This document shows, in pieces, positions 1 to 9,988 of a stretch of 64,000 nucleotides of DNA. The stretch is from assembly GCA_963845145.1 (NCBI GenBank), contig CAWJQU010000005.1:448001-512000 (forward strand), written 5' to 3'. The notes beneath the pieces are model-generated. The model did no database searches and was not told the DNA's origin. It was given only the letters and a program-made list of their open reading frames with translations. How positions within the stretch are numbered: position 1 is the stretch's first letter; each line of letters opens with the position of its first letter. The position numbers and the translations under genes are program-made. The DNA is from an uncultured delta proteobacterium. Lineage in GTDB: Bacteria > Desulfobacterota > Desulfobacteria > Desulfobacterales > QNYZ01.

Positions 1-358
1 GGATAATCTGCTCCATGACCACCTGCATGCCCTGAAGGTCGGCACCGGCATCCTTGATCCATTCCCCATCGGACTTGACAAAGCGTTGGGTTTTTTCCGC
101 ATCCACCATCAATATATTTTCAATGGGGCTGTGGTATTCCCAGCGTAGCGAACCTGGTGCCGCGTAAATCAAGTGCCCGGTAGAAATCAATGGCTGAACA
201 AGCATCTTCATGTGCTTCTCCTGCCTGAAATCCGACTGAATCGATTGAATTTTCGTAGCGGCCGTACGAATACCCTCCCAGGTGTCCCCCCAGCCAAAAC
301 AGGGCGGTACCCAAAAAAGAGATAACCACATCATCATCCCTATGACCCATTTTCTCAT
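1..358 (-). CDS. LolA-like outer-membrane lipoprotein/lipid carrier (3' end outside the window)
   Basis: Not in the ORF track. Manual translation from ATG 358: MRKWVIGMMMWLSLFWVPPCFGWGDTWEGIRTAATKIQSIQSDFRQEKHMKMLVQPLISTGHLIYAAPGSLRWEYHSP. Signal peptide plus LolA-type FxQxK...P..LRWEY..P pattern; open to the window edge. Confidence 0.8.
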   Translation of the reverse strand, partial: MRKWVIGMMMWLSLFWVPPCFGWGDTWEGIRTAATKIQSIQSDFRQEKHMKMLVQPLISTGHLIYAAPGSLRWEYHSPIENILMVDAEKTQRFVKSDGEWIKDAGADLQGMQVVMEQII

Positions 359-435
359 TTCCAACCAAGGTGTCATTTTAAATGAATTCCAAAAAGTTTA
401 AACACCAAAAAATTTAAACAATGGTTTTGTCAAAA

Positions 436-1170
436 TTAAAACATACCGCCGTTTACCGACAACACCTGCCCGGTAATATAAGAGGAGGCATCCGAACAGA
501 AAAAACGCACCGCCTGGGCCACTTCCGCGGGCTGGCCGATACGGGCCATGGGAATCATGGACTTGATATTTTTTAGAGGCAAGTCGCCGATCATGTCGGT
601 GGCGATCAGACCCGGGGCCACCACATTGACACGAACGCCCAAACGGGCCACCTCGGCCGCCAGGCTCCGGCTGGCTGAGATCAGGCCCCCCTTGGCGGCG
701 GAATAGTTGGCTTGGCCCCGGTTGCCCACCAAAGCGGAGGCTGAGGCAATGGAGACGATGGCACCCCTTTTGTTTTTAAGCATTTTTTCCACCACGGGAC
801 GCGTGACATTGAAAAACCCGTGCAATCCGGTATCGATTACCGAGTGCCAATCCTCCCGGGGCATCATGACGAAAAGCCCGTCCGCAATTATACCGGCATT
901 GTTCACCAGCACATCGATTTGCGGATATCGGTCCAAAAGGTCGTCCATGGCCGCCTGAACGGCCACGTGATCGGACACGTCAAAACCCGCAATCTCACCA
1001 TCGCTTCCCTCAGCCCGCACCTGGGTAAGGGTTTCATTCGCGCCGGGTTCATCGGACCGAAAATTTATGATCAGAAAATAGCCGGCACGCGCCAGCTCCA
1101 GACAAACAGCCCGGCCAATCCCTTTGCTGGCGCCGGTAACAATGGCCGTTTTTTTAGGGGCTTGGGTCAT
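436..1170 (-). CDS. fabG: 3-oxoacyl-ACP reductase
   Basis: [17 protein letters not shown] catalytic motif, C-terminal GQVLSVNGG. Confidence 0.92.
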   Translation of the reverse strand: MTQAPKKTAIVTGASKGIGRAVCLELARAGYFLIINFRSDEPGANETLTQVRAEGSDGEIAGFDVSDHVAVQAAMDDLLDRYPQIDVLVNNAGIIADGLFVMMPREDWHSVIDTGLHGFFNVTRPVVEKMLKNKRGAIVSIASASALVGNRGQANYSAAKGGLISASRSLAAEVARLGVRVNVVAPGLIATDMIGDLPLKNIKSMIPMARIGQPAEVAQAVRFFCSDASSYITGQVLSVNGGMF

Positions 1171-1209
1171 GGTTTACCTTTTTTACCTTATTTTAAGTGG
1201 GTTACCTTT

Positions 1210-1683
1210 TTAAGAAGATTCAGATCTCAATAGTTGAAGGATGATCTCCGCAATCACCCCCCCGTTCATTTCAACGGTGCCGTGGACTTCGCGAAACCCT
1301 TCGAATTCAAAGCGGTTTTTCGAACTTGTGATCAAGCGGGTGCCTAGGGCAACCCCCTGGGTAGGCAGGTCAGCCTGCTTGATGCCGACAATCCACCCTT
1401 TTTTGTCCACATCGGGCCCTTCTTCTTTTTCCCGCTTCCATCCATTGTGGATACCGGCGGTCTGGGCCACCAGTTCGATAAGCACAAGGGGGTCGACCCG
1501 GTCGCTATGACAGAGCGGCCAGGACTTATCCGCAACAGCGCCCGTAACGGCCTGGTGTTCATCCACACAAACAATGTCGGTCACCAGAAGCATGGGTTCC
1601 CGGTGCGGTAACAGGTCTTTAATGTCGTGATCAGCCGGTGTCATCACCTTAATCCGTTTTGCATCATGTGATCGCATGGGCAC
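1210..1683 (-). CDS. Hotdog-fold 3-hydroxyacyl-ACP dehydratase-like protein (ApeP/FabZ-like); true start may be about 1646
   Basis: LLPHREPMLLV and LIELVAQT motifs; lies between ACP and fabG. Confidence 0.75.
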   Translation of the reverse strand: MPMRSHDAKRIKVMTPADHDIKDLLPHREPMLLVTDIVCVDEHQAVTGAVADKSWPLCHSDRVDPLVLIELVAQTAGIHNGWKREKEEGPDVDKKGWIVGIKQADLPTQGVALGTRLITSSKNRFEFEGFREVHGTVEMNGGVIAEIILQLLRSESS

Positions 1684-1881
1684 ACCCAGTCAAAGTTCAA
1701 GAAAACAATTGAAAAGAAACCCCGAAACAAGTAAACTGGGTAATTTTTTTATCTACAATCATCATGCATTAAACTAAAAATACATAATAACGACCCTGAA
1801 GTAAAGATTACGCTGGATATTGCAAATCCACAGCAGCTAACTACCTTACGAGTGGCTACGAATCAAACGGGATAAATATAA

Positions 1882-2148
1882 ATGGAACAACTGGTTGAAA
1901 AATTAAGAATAAAAATTGTCGATATTTTAGATTTGGTGGATGTTCGACCGGAAGATATCGATCCTGACGGCCCTTTGGTGGGCGGCGATCTTGAAATTGA
2001 TTCTATCGATGTCCTGGAATTGGTTATGATGATCGAAAAAGATTACGGAATTCGCATCGATAACCGCGACCTTGGGGCCGAAGTATTTTCCAGCCTGCGA
2101 TCGCTAGCTGCGTATATCCATAAAAATACAGCGGAAATGCCGGGATGA
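1882..2148 (+). CDS. Acyl carrier protein 1
   Basis: 88 aa, acidic, IDSIDVLEL phosphopantetheine site. Confidence 0.92.
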   Translation: MEQLVEKLRIKIVDILDLVDVRPEDIDPDGPLVGGDLEIDSIDVLELVMMIEKDYGIRIDNRDLGAEVFSSLRSLAAYIHKNTAEMPG

Positions 2149-4341
2149 GTGCCGTACGGGCCATCATATCCGGGACAGGGATCATCAGCGCCCTGGGATC
2201 CGGATGGGTTGCCACCCGTAACGCATTGGAAGCACAACGGGTGGCGATTGGGCCGCTGAGCCTTTTCCCCACCCCGCATGACCCGCCCCTTCCGGCCGGG
2301 GAAGTACGCAACCGGTTGGAACAAAACGCGCTGCCGCGCACCCACCAGCTGGCCCAAATCGCCGCCGCTCAGGCGTTTACAGGGAGACTCGCTCCAGATG
2401 CCATCGTCGTAGGGACCACTACCGGTGGATTGCTGACCACCGAAGCGCTGTTGAAACAAAATGTGGCCGACCCTTCGGCGTATTGTTTTCATTCGCCGGC
2501 CACGGTGGCGGAAACCATCGCCAAACAATATGGATGCCGAGGGCCGGTCCTGACCGTATCCACTGCGTGTTCGTCCGGAGCCGTCGCCTTAAAAATCGCC
2601 CTTGAACTCATTCGAAACGGCCGCGCCCGCCGGGTTCTGGCCGGAGGTGCCGACAATTTGTGCCGCCTGATCTATCACGGTTTTAACGCCCTCCAACTCA
2701 TCGATCCCAAAGGTGCCCGTCCCCTGGACCGGGACCGCCGGGGCATGTCCGTGGCCGAAGGTGCCGCTTTTTTGATGCTCGAAGCAGACGATGGGCATCC
2801 GAACGCCGTAGCACTCCTTGGCGCAGGGCTTTCATGTGATGCCTTTCATCCAACAGCTCCCCATCCCGACGGCAAAGGCGCTATGGCGGCCATGACAGCC
2901 GCTATAGAGGATGCCGGACTCAACCCTGAAACCATCGACTACATCAATCTTCACGGCACCGGCACCTTGGATAACGATCTATCCGAAGCCCGGGCTGTTC
3001 GCACCCTTTTTAAAAACAAGACACCGATGCTTTCATCGGTTAAGGGGGCCATGGGCCACTCATTGGGTGCGGCAGGGGCCATGGAAGCGGTCATTGCGAC
3101 AAACTGTGTGCATGATCAATGGATTCCCGGAAATGTGGGCCTGAGCACACCTGACCCAGCCTTAAACCTGACACCGATCATGCGATCCAAAGCCACACCT
3201 GTTCGAACCGTCCTCTCCAATTCCCTCGGGTTCGGGGGCAATAATGCCGCGGTCGTCATCGGGGACTCCCGCATTGGCGACCGTTCACCTGCAATGAACA
3301 CCGGATCGCGATCCGGGCCGTTGACCATTCTGGGTAGCGCATGCATCACCGGAGCCGGCCATACCGATGAAACCTTAAAGCGTTTCACAAAAGGCCGGAC
3401 CTGCAACGGCAAACTTGCTTTAGATCTTATGACCCGTTTTTTATCACCCAAACGCGTCAGGCGACTTAAACGCCTTCCCCGGTTGACATTGGCCCTGGCC
3501 GAGCAAGCCCATAGCCATGCGGACCAATCCCCCCCCCGTAGAATCGATTTTTATGGGCACCGGCTGGGGCGCCCTGTCCGAAACCTATCGTTTTTTGACC
3601 CGACTTTTCGAAACCGATGAACAATTCCCCAGCCCGACCGATTTTATCGGCTCGGTACACAATGCACCCGCCGGCCAGGCGGCCATGATGTTTAACGCCA
3701 CCGGTGCCAACGTTACCACCACGGGAGGTGACGTATCGTTTGAACAGGCGCTCATGGCAGCGGAACTTGTGTGTGGCGGCGATACGGCCCTGGTAATAGG
3801 TGCGGATGAAGCCCATGACAAATTTTCGCCACTGCTGGATCCATCGGTTGGCGAAAACGGCCATTTATCGGATGGCGGCGGGGCACTGCTGGTTAAGCCG
3901 GGATCAAAGCCCGGTGGTGTTTCCATCCATCTGGCCCATTATGAACCTGCCGATGACCCGGCTGATGACATTGCTCATGGCCTGGCCGTGACAATCGACG
4001 GGGTTATCGATTCACTGGGCTCGGCAGATCGGTTGCATTCGCGTATCGGTTTTATTTTAGCCGGGATTCCCGCAGCGCAAAGAACGCAAGGCGACCGGCA
4101 ATTGGATCAATTCAGGGAACGCACCCGCTTTACAGGCCCCGTAATCGACTATCGCCCGATTATCGGCGAATTTGCCTCTGCTTCAGCTGTTGCCGCTGTT
4201 CTGTCCGCCCGGTTCACAGCTGAAGGGGTGATACCCGGCGGCCTTAGTTCCGATGACCAAACGCTTCCATTAAACGGCAAGGGCGGCTTGGTCCTGGGGC
4301 TGGGACGATGGGTCACGGCCATGGAGGTGGTGCTGCAATGA
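2145..4341 (+). CDS. Beta-ketoacyl-ACP synthase fused to a chain-length-factor-like domain (about 731 aa), interrupted by one extra C in a C9 run at 3529-3537
   Basis: KS triad TACSSG / NLHGTGT / GHSLGA. Deleting one C joins ...HADQSPP to VESIFMGTGWG...SPTDFIGSVHNAPAG of ORF 3517-4341, a KS-like domain without the catalytic Cys. Confidence 0.82.
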
Positions 4342-5762
4342 AGGTATTGTTGATCTCTGCCAATCAATACACCCAACCGCATCCGGTTTACCCTCTGGGC
4401 CTTGATTATGTGGCCGGCGCCATTGGCCCGGACCATGTGGTTGAAATCCTGGATTTAAACGCCCTCAACCCGTCAGAGGCGCTTTTTGAAGCGATCGACG
4501 ATTTTTCGCCGGATATCATCGGGCTGTCCATTCGAAATATCGACAACACGGACGTCTCTTCGCCCCAGGGATTCATTGCCGCCTATCGCCATCTTGCCGA
4601 TACCATTCGAACCCAATCCCGTAAAATTATACCTGATAAAAATAGGCCCGATCAAAACAGACCCGGTCAAAATAAAACTGGTCAAAATGGGGATAAGGTC
4701 CCACTGGTTCTGGGAGGGAGCGGCTTCACCCTGTTTCCCCGGGAACTGATGGCAAGCCTTGGCGCCGACTATGGCATTATCGGCGAAGGTGAACGGTTTG
4801 GCCTTCTATTGGATTGTTTAACCAAAGGCAAGGACCCGTCGATGCTGCCCGGCATCATTACCGCCAAAAACGGGGGAACAGTGCCCATTCCCTGGCAGGG
4901 GCGCATCGCCGATCGTTTTAATCCCAACCGTCCTCACCTTTCCTATTACCTGAAAAACGGGGGAATATTAAACCTTCAAACCAAACGCGGATGTCGATAC
5001 CGATGTATTTATTGTACCTACCCGTATATCGAAGGCGGCAGCCCCAGGTTGTTTGACCCCGATGATATCGCCGGTACCGCGCGACAACTGCAGACGGCCG
5101 GAGCAAAGTATCTGTTTATCACGGATTCAACCTTCAACTCGGAGATGGACCATACCCTGGCCGTGGCAGAGGCGTTTAAACAAGCGGCCGTCACCATTCC
5201 CTGGGGGGCCTTTTTTGCACCCATGGTTCCTGCTGGCGATTATTTCAAACAGCTGGCCGATGCCGGGCTCACCCATGTTGAATTTGGAACGGAATCATTA
5301 AGTGACCCGGTATTGAAAACCTATCGAAAACCGTTTAAACAACGCCATGTTTTAGAGGCCCACCAAGCGGCTCTGGACGCCGGATTGCATGTGGCCCACT
5401 ATTTTTTATTGGGCGGTCCGGGTGAAACCCCGGATACGGTGGCAGAAACCCTGGATCGCGCGGATCGGCTGGAAAAATGTGCCCTATTTGTCTTTTGCGG
5501 GATGCGCATTTACCCCCATACGGAGTTACACCGGATAGCCACCGCTGAAGGCCGGATTTGTCCCAGTGACAATTTGATGGCGCCGGTATTTTATCAGAAT
5601 CCGGCGATCTCGGAGCACGCATTGATGCAACGGGTAAATAAATGGGCCGATGGGCATGGCAACCGAATCGTTGGGGCCGGTGGTGAAGAGACGGCCCGGA
5701 TTATTTCAAGGCTCTACAGCCGCGGATTTTCCGGTCCACTCTGGGAATATTTGATCCGGTGA
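4338..5762 (+). CDS. Cobalamin-binding radical SAM protein (lipid-biosynthesis type)
   Basis: ATG 4338 overlaps the upstream TGA. N-terminal YPLGLDYVA...IGLSIRNIDN...LGGSGF B12-binding domain; KRGCRYRCIYC cluster motif. Confidence 0.88.
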   Translation: MKVLLISANQYTQPHPVYPLGLDYVAGAIGPDHVVEILDLNALNPSEALFEAIDDFSPDIIGLSIRNIDNTDVSSPQGFIAAYRHLADTIRTQSRKIIPDKNRPDQNRPGQNKTGQNGDKVPLVLGGSGFTLFPRELMASLGADYGIIGEGERFGLLLDCLTKGKDPSMLPGIITAKNGGTVPIPWQGRIADRFNPNRPHLSYYLKNGGILNLQTKRGCRYRCIYCTYPYIEGGSPRLFDPDDIAGTARQLQTAGAKYLFITDSTFNSEMDHTLAVAEAFKQAAVTIPWGAFFAPMVPAGDYFKQLADAGLTHVEFGTESLSDPVLKTYRKPFKQRHVLEAHQAALDAGLHVAHYFLLGGPGETPDTVAETLDRADRLEKCALFVFCGMRIYPHTELHRIATAEGRICPSDNLMAPVFYQNPAISEHALMQRVNKWADGHGNRIVGAGGEETARIISRLYSRGFSGPLWEYLIR

Positions 5763-5843
5763 AAGGCGTTTTTTGGAAAATCGACACGCTTTGGGGTTAA
5801 TGCTTGAACATCTTTTTGTTTTAATTTATGAGTTTAGGCGCTC

Positions 5844-6239
5844 ATGTGGCACCGAATAGACCAAATAACACGCACACCGTCGGGTGAAATATCGGCCGAA
5901 TGCCACATCTCGGTGGAATCACAATGGTTTTTGGGACATTTTCCCGGAAAACCAATATTGCCTGCAATCGCCCAGTTGGCGATGGTGCGTGAAACAATCA
6001 GCCGTGGAAGCCATCAGGCTGGCGATGTTAACCATGACAATAACCGTGATGGCCACCATGATAGCCGGCCGGCTGATTGCCGGTTCAGTCGCGTAAAATT
6101 TAAAAAGATGATCACACCCGGCGAGTGCTTGATAATTCTGGCCTCTCCGAAGAAAACCCCCGGCACTTATACATTCCGTATAACGGTCGAAAAGTCCATT
6201 GTATGCAGTGGTAACTTGACAATTAAAACAGACTCTTGA
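5844..6239 (+). CDS. FabA/FabZ-like hotdog dehydratase (ApeI-like)
   Basis: WFLGHFPGKPILPAIAQL motif, VKFKKMITPG. Confidence 0.8.
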   Translation: MWHRIDQITRTPSGEISAECHISVESQWFLGHFPGKPILPAIAQLAMVRETISRGSHQAGDVNHDNNRDGHHDSRPADCRFSRVKFKKMITPGECLIILASPKKTPGTYTFRITVEKSIVCSGNLTIKTDS

Positions 6240-6294
6240 GGAGTTCAAGGGTGTCATTAAATATATTAACTTAAAAAGGGAGTCAATTCTACAT

Positions 6295-6576
6295 ATGGCA
6301 ATTGAAACCGGCATTGAAAAGATCACGTTACGTGTAGCGGAAATGATGATCAGCGAACTCAAGCTCGAAGATATTACCCCTGAGACATTTGATCCGAAAA
6401 TTGATTTGGTCGACGAGGTGGGTATTGACAGCATGGATCTGGCCACCTTGGCGCTGGTCATTCGAGATGAATACGCGATTCGTATCGATGAGGACGACTA
6501 CCCCAAATTAACCAATCTTCGATTAATCGCCGAGTATGTCTCTAAAAAACTCGATGAGAAAAAATCGGACGCATAG
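6295..6576 (+). CDS. Acyl carrier protein 2
   Basis: 93 aa, acidic, GIDSMDL motif. Confidence 0.9.
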   Translation: MAIETGIEKITLRVAEMMISELKLEDITPETFDPKIDLVDEVGIDSMDLATLALVIRDEYAIRIDEDDYPKLTNLRLIAEYVSKKLDEKKSDA

Positions 6577-6597
6577 GGATGATGAAAGAGAAGGCAA

Positions 6598-7695
6598 TTG
6601 GCCGTGGTGAGTGAACCCAATCGTAAAACCGAAAGTACCGACAACTCGGAAGAAGCAAAATTTTCCGACATATTAGCCGACCCACAGGTGCGTGCCCGCT
6701 GGGAAAAAGTTCGGAAATGGTTTTTCTTGAGGGAGTCGACCTATGACATGACCAACCGCTGCAATATCCGCTGCGAAGGGTGTTATTTCTATGAGGGCGA
6801 CAAACAATTCGCCCAGCTCAATACGGATCCTCAAGCCTGGCGCCGGTTGATGAAAGCGGAAAAAGAGCGTGGTATCACTTTTGTGGTCCTGGCCGGCGCA
6901 GAACCGTCGCTGGTTCCCCAGTTATGCGAAGCCTGCTATGACGAGATACCGCTGGGAGCCATTGCCACCAACGGCATAAATCGGTTCCCGGCATCCATTG
7001 AATATAAAATTCACATTTCCGTATGGGGCAATGACGACACCAGTTTGAAAATTCGAGGTGCCAAGAATATGTTGCGGCGACAGATCGACAACTATCGCCA
7101 TGATCCCCGAGCCGCCTTTGTCTATACCTTCACGCGCGACAATATCGAGCAGGCCTTTGAGGTCGGGGACGTATTGGCCGACAACGATTGCCAAATGACT
7201 TTCAATATGTTTTCCGCCCCGGTAGGGTACAGTGGCGATTTGCGGCACACGGCAGCGTCGCTTAAACAAACCCGACAGGCAATGATGGCGCTTTTGAAAA
7301 CATATCCCCATAATGTGCTTTTCTCCCCTTACAGTACGGTTGCGCACACCCACCACCTGGGTCTGCACGACCTGTATGCGTGTCCGTATCCACGCCGCAA
7401 TCCGTCCACGGCCATCGGCCTCGGTCGGTCTTTCCGCCAGTATCGGACCGATCTGACCTGGGATCGTCAAGCCGCCTGCTGTGTTCCTGACACGGATTGT
7501 GACGACTGCCGCCACTACGCCGCCGGTAGTGCCGTGGTCACAGCGCGCATGTTTCGCCATGCCGTCAAACGGGAAACATTTTGCGCCTGGCTCGATTATG
7601 CCGACACCTATCTGGCCGTCTGGGTAAAGGGGTATGAAAAAAGTACCAACTTGTTAAGCACCTTGAGCCCGCCACCGGGCAACAGCATCTTTTAA
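6598..7695 (+). CDS. Radical SAM protein A with C-terminal Cys cluster
   Basis: TNRCNIRCEGC, GAEP, ATNG; C-terminal C...CCVPDTDCDDC. Start codon uncertain (TTG/GTG). Confidence 0.88.
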   Translation: MAVVSEPNRKTESTDNSEEAKFSDILADPQVRARWEKVRKWFFLRESTYDMTNRCNIRCEGCYFYEGDKQFAQLNTDPQAWRRLMKAEKERGITFVVLAGAEPSLVPQLCEACYDEIPLGAIATNGINRFPASIEYKIHISVWGNDDTSLKIRGAKNMLRRQIDNYRHDPRAAFVYTFTRDNIEQAFEVGDVLADNDCQMTFNMFSAPVGYSGDLRHTAASLKQTRQAMMALLKTYPHNVLFSPYSTVAHTHHLGLHDLYACPYPRRNPSTAIGLGRSFRQYRTDLTWDRQAACCVPDTDCDDCRHYAAGSAVVTARMFRHAVKRETFCAWLDYADTYLAVWVKGYEKSTNLLSTLSPPPGNSIF

Positions 7696-7724
7696 GGTGA
7701 AAGAATCGTGAGGACATTGTATCA

Positions 7725-8723
7725 ATGAAAACCGTCAGCCAGCTACTGGATGACCACTGGTATAAACGCTACCAGCGGATCTCCAAACTCAATATTCGAA
7801 GCTCCATTTACGATGTAACCAACCGATGTAACCTGCGTTGCAAGGGATGTTTTTTTTTCTCATCCGACGAGCATAAAGCCGCACCGGAAGAGATGGATCT
7901 TAGCAAATGGGAAACCTTTATCGATCGGGAAAAAGCGCGCGGGGTCAATCTGGCCATTCTGATTGGTGGCGAGCCGACCTTGTGCCTGGATCGGGTCGAA
8001 GCATTTTATCGGCGTCTGCCAACCTTTTGCGCCACCAATGGGTTGATTAAAATCCCGCGCGAACAGTTTCCACACATGATGTTAGGCATATCCCTCTGGG
8101 GCGACAAGGCCGACGAGAATGTGCTGCGGGGTAAAGATACCTTCAGCATTTCCAGTAAAAACTATGCCGGCGACCCGCATGTGTATTATCTTTATACCAT
8201 CACCCCGCGACAGATCGGACACACCGAAAAGATCATACAAAAAGTCGCCGATGTGGGCCTAAAGGTCCATATGCAGCTGCTGTCCAATGATGAAGGCGTG
8301 GATGGTTTTTCATGGACAGCAGAACAATTGAATGCCATCCGGGTGGAAATGGACCAGATGCTGGATACCTATCCGGAAACCGTTATTTCGTGTAAATACT
8401 ATCATGAAATCATCACCACCGGCCAAATGCTGGGCCGCCGTTTCGGATGGAACGAGTGCCCGTCGGTCACCTTGCCTTTGGATACCCGCGAGCCCCAGCC
8501 GAAACGGCTGATCGAGTTTATCCGATGGGCATCGGACTTAAACACTATGCACCGTTGCTGTACGTCCGAAACCCGGGATTGTTCCACTTGTAAAGATGGT
8601 GCTGCCCACATGAGCTGGGTTATGGTTAATAAACGCGCCCACATCAAAACGACCCAAGATCTGCAAAACTGGATCGAAGTGTACGAAATGTTTGCCAAGC
8701 TCTATCAGTTCATTCCCTGGTAA
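7725..8723 (+). CDS. Radical SAM protein B, paralog of A
   Basis: TNRCNLRCKGC, GGEP, ATNG; C-terminal C...CCTSETRDCSTC. Confidence 0.88.
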   Translation: MKTVSQLLDDHWYKRYQRISKLNIRSSIYDVTNRCNLRCKGCFFFSSDEHKAAPEEMDLSKWETFIDREKARGVNLAILIGGEPTLCLDRVEAFYRRLPTFCATNGLIKIPREQFPHMMLGISLWGDKADENVLRGKDTFSISSKNYAGDPHVYYLYTITPRQIGHTEKIIQKVADVGLKVHMQLLSNDEGVDGFSWTAEQLNAIRVEMDQMLDTYPETVISCKYYHEIITTGQMLGRRFGWNECPSVTLPLDTREPQPKRLIEFIRWASDLNTMHRCCTSETRDCSTCKDGAAHMSWVMVNKRAHIKTTQDLQNWIEVYEMFAKLYQFIPW

Positions 8724-8729
8724 AAGCGG

Positions 8730-9980
8730 ATGCCTTCAAAAAAAGCCGTCGTTGTCGGATACGATTCGGTCTCACCACTGGGAACGGACACCAACGCCCA
8801 GTGGGCACGGGCCGCGAAGGGCGAAAGTGGTCTTGGAGCGCTCACCCGTTTTGAGCTGACGCCTGAGTTTCCTGTTCGAATCGCCGGTGAAGTGGCCCCT
8901 ATCGATACCGGGCCCTATCCCTTTCTTTCCCCCCGAAAACTAGCCCTCTGGCCGTCACCATTGTTCAAATATGCCCTCTTGGTCGTTCACCGGGCTTTGT
9001 TAAAAAGCGGTATTGAGATCACACCGAGTCTGGCCCCCCGCGTGGCGGTTACTTTCAGCTCGGCCGTGGGCGGTCTGGACGCGATTCTCAATGCCGATCG
9101 GCGCTTGATTGCTCACGATAAGCTACCCCTTCCATACGCGAACCCCAATGGTTGCATCAATATGGTGGGTGGGAAAGTGTCCATTCTAACCGGCGCCACC
9201 GGTCCGATTCTATCCACGGTTACGGCGTGTGCCACCGGCGCCACCTCAGTGGTGATCGGTGCCATGCTGCTTGAATCGGGACAAGCCGATGTGGCCATCT
9301 GCGGGGCAGCGGATTTTGCCATAGTCGAACCCATTGTGGCCGGATTTGCCACCATGAACGCCGCCGTTCAGATGAAACCGGGTGAAGCGGAAATTCCGGC
9401 TGAAAAAGCCAGCCGCCCCTTTTCCATAGACCGACGCGGGTTCGTTATTTCCGAAGGGGCCGGTGCGATTATTCTGACGACGCGCGAATTTGCCCTTGCG
9501 CAAGGCCTCGATTACGCCATCGAGATCGCCGGGTGGGAGATGACATCCGACGCCCATCACTTCGTAGCGCCGCATCTGCCAACAGTCACAAGTTGCATTG
9601 CCGGTAGTATTGACAGGGCCGGCGTGTCCATGCATGATATCGCCTCCGTAAACGCCCATGCCACCGCAACCAAGGTTGGCGACCAGGTGGAATACCAGGC
9701 CCTGCGGGCCGTGTTCGGGGATCGCCTGCCGCCGGTGACGGCCAATAAATCCCTGATCGGACATGCCATGGGAGCGTCCAGCGCCATTGAGTCGATTATG
9801 GCCATGCAAGGCATGCTAAACGATACGATACTTCCGACGGTTAACTACACCCCGGACCCGGCGCTCACTTTTGATCATATCCCGACCACCGCGCGTCGGT
9901 TGAACCAGGAATTCGTATTGAAAAACGCTTTTGGTTTCGGCGGCTGCAATACGTGTATTATTTTTCGAAGGATGAGATGA
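8730..9980 (+). CDS. Beta-ketoacyl-ACP synthase II-like (FabF family)
   Basis: TACATG, NAHATAT, KSLIGHAMG, NAFGFGG; intact Cys-His-His. Confidence 0.9.
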   Translation: MPSKKAVVVGYDSVSPLGTDTNAQWARAAKGESGLGALTRFELTPEFPVRIAGEVAPIDTGPYPFLSPRKLALWPSPLFKYALLVVHRALLKSGIEITPSLAPRVAVTFSSAVGGLDAILNADRRLIAHDKLPLPYANPNGCINMVGGKVSILTGATGPILSTVTACATGATSVVIGAMLLESGQADVAICGAADFAIVEPIVAGFATMNAAVQMKPGEAEIPAEKASRPFSIDRRGFVISEGAGAIILTTREFALAQGLDYAIEIAGWEMTSDAHHFVAPHLPTVTSCIAGSIDRAGVSMHDIASVNAHATATKVGDQVEYQALRAVFGDRLPPVTANKSLIGHAMGASSAIESIMAMQGMLNDTILPTVNYTPDPALTFDHIPTTARRLNQEFVLKNAFGFGGCNTCIIFRRMR

Positions 9981-9988
9981 ATTAGTCG

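Noticed and set aside
120..368. 82-aa minus-strand ORF in the track
   Set aside because: Wrong frame; the overlapping frame from ATG 358 encodes a recognisable LolA-like protein.
3517..4341. Independent 274-aa gene
   Set aside because: It starts mid-domain and is better explained as the C-terminus of the frameshifted KS-CLF.
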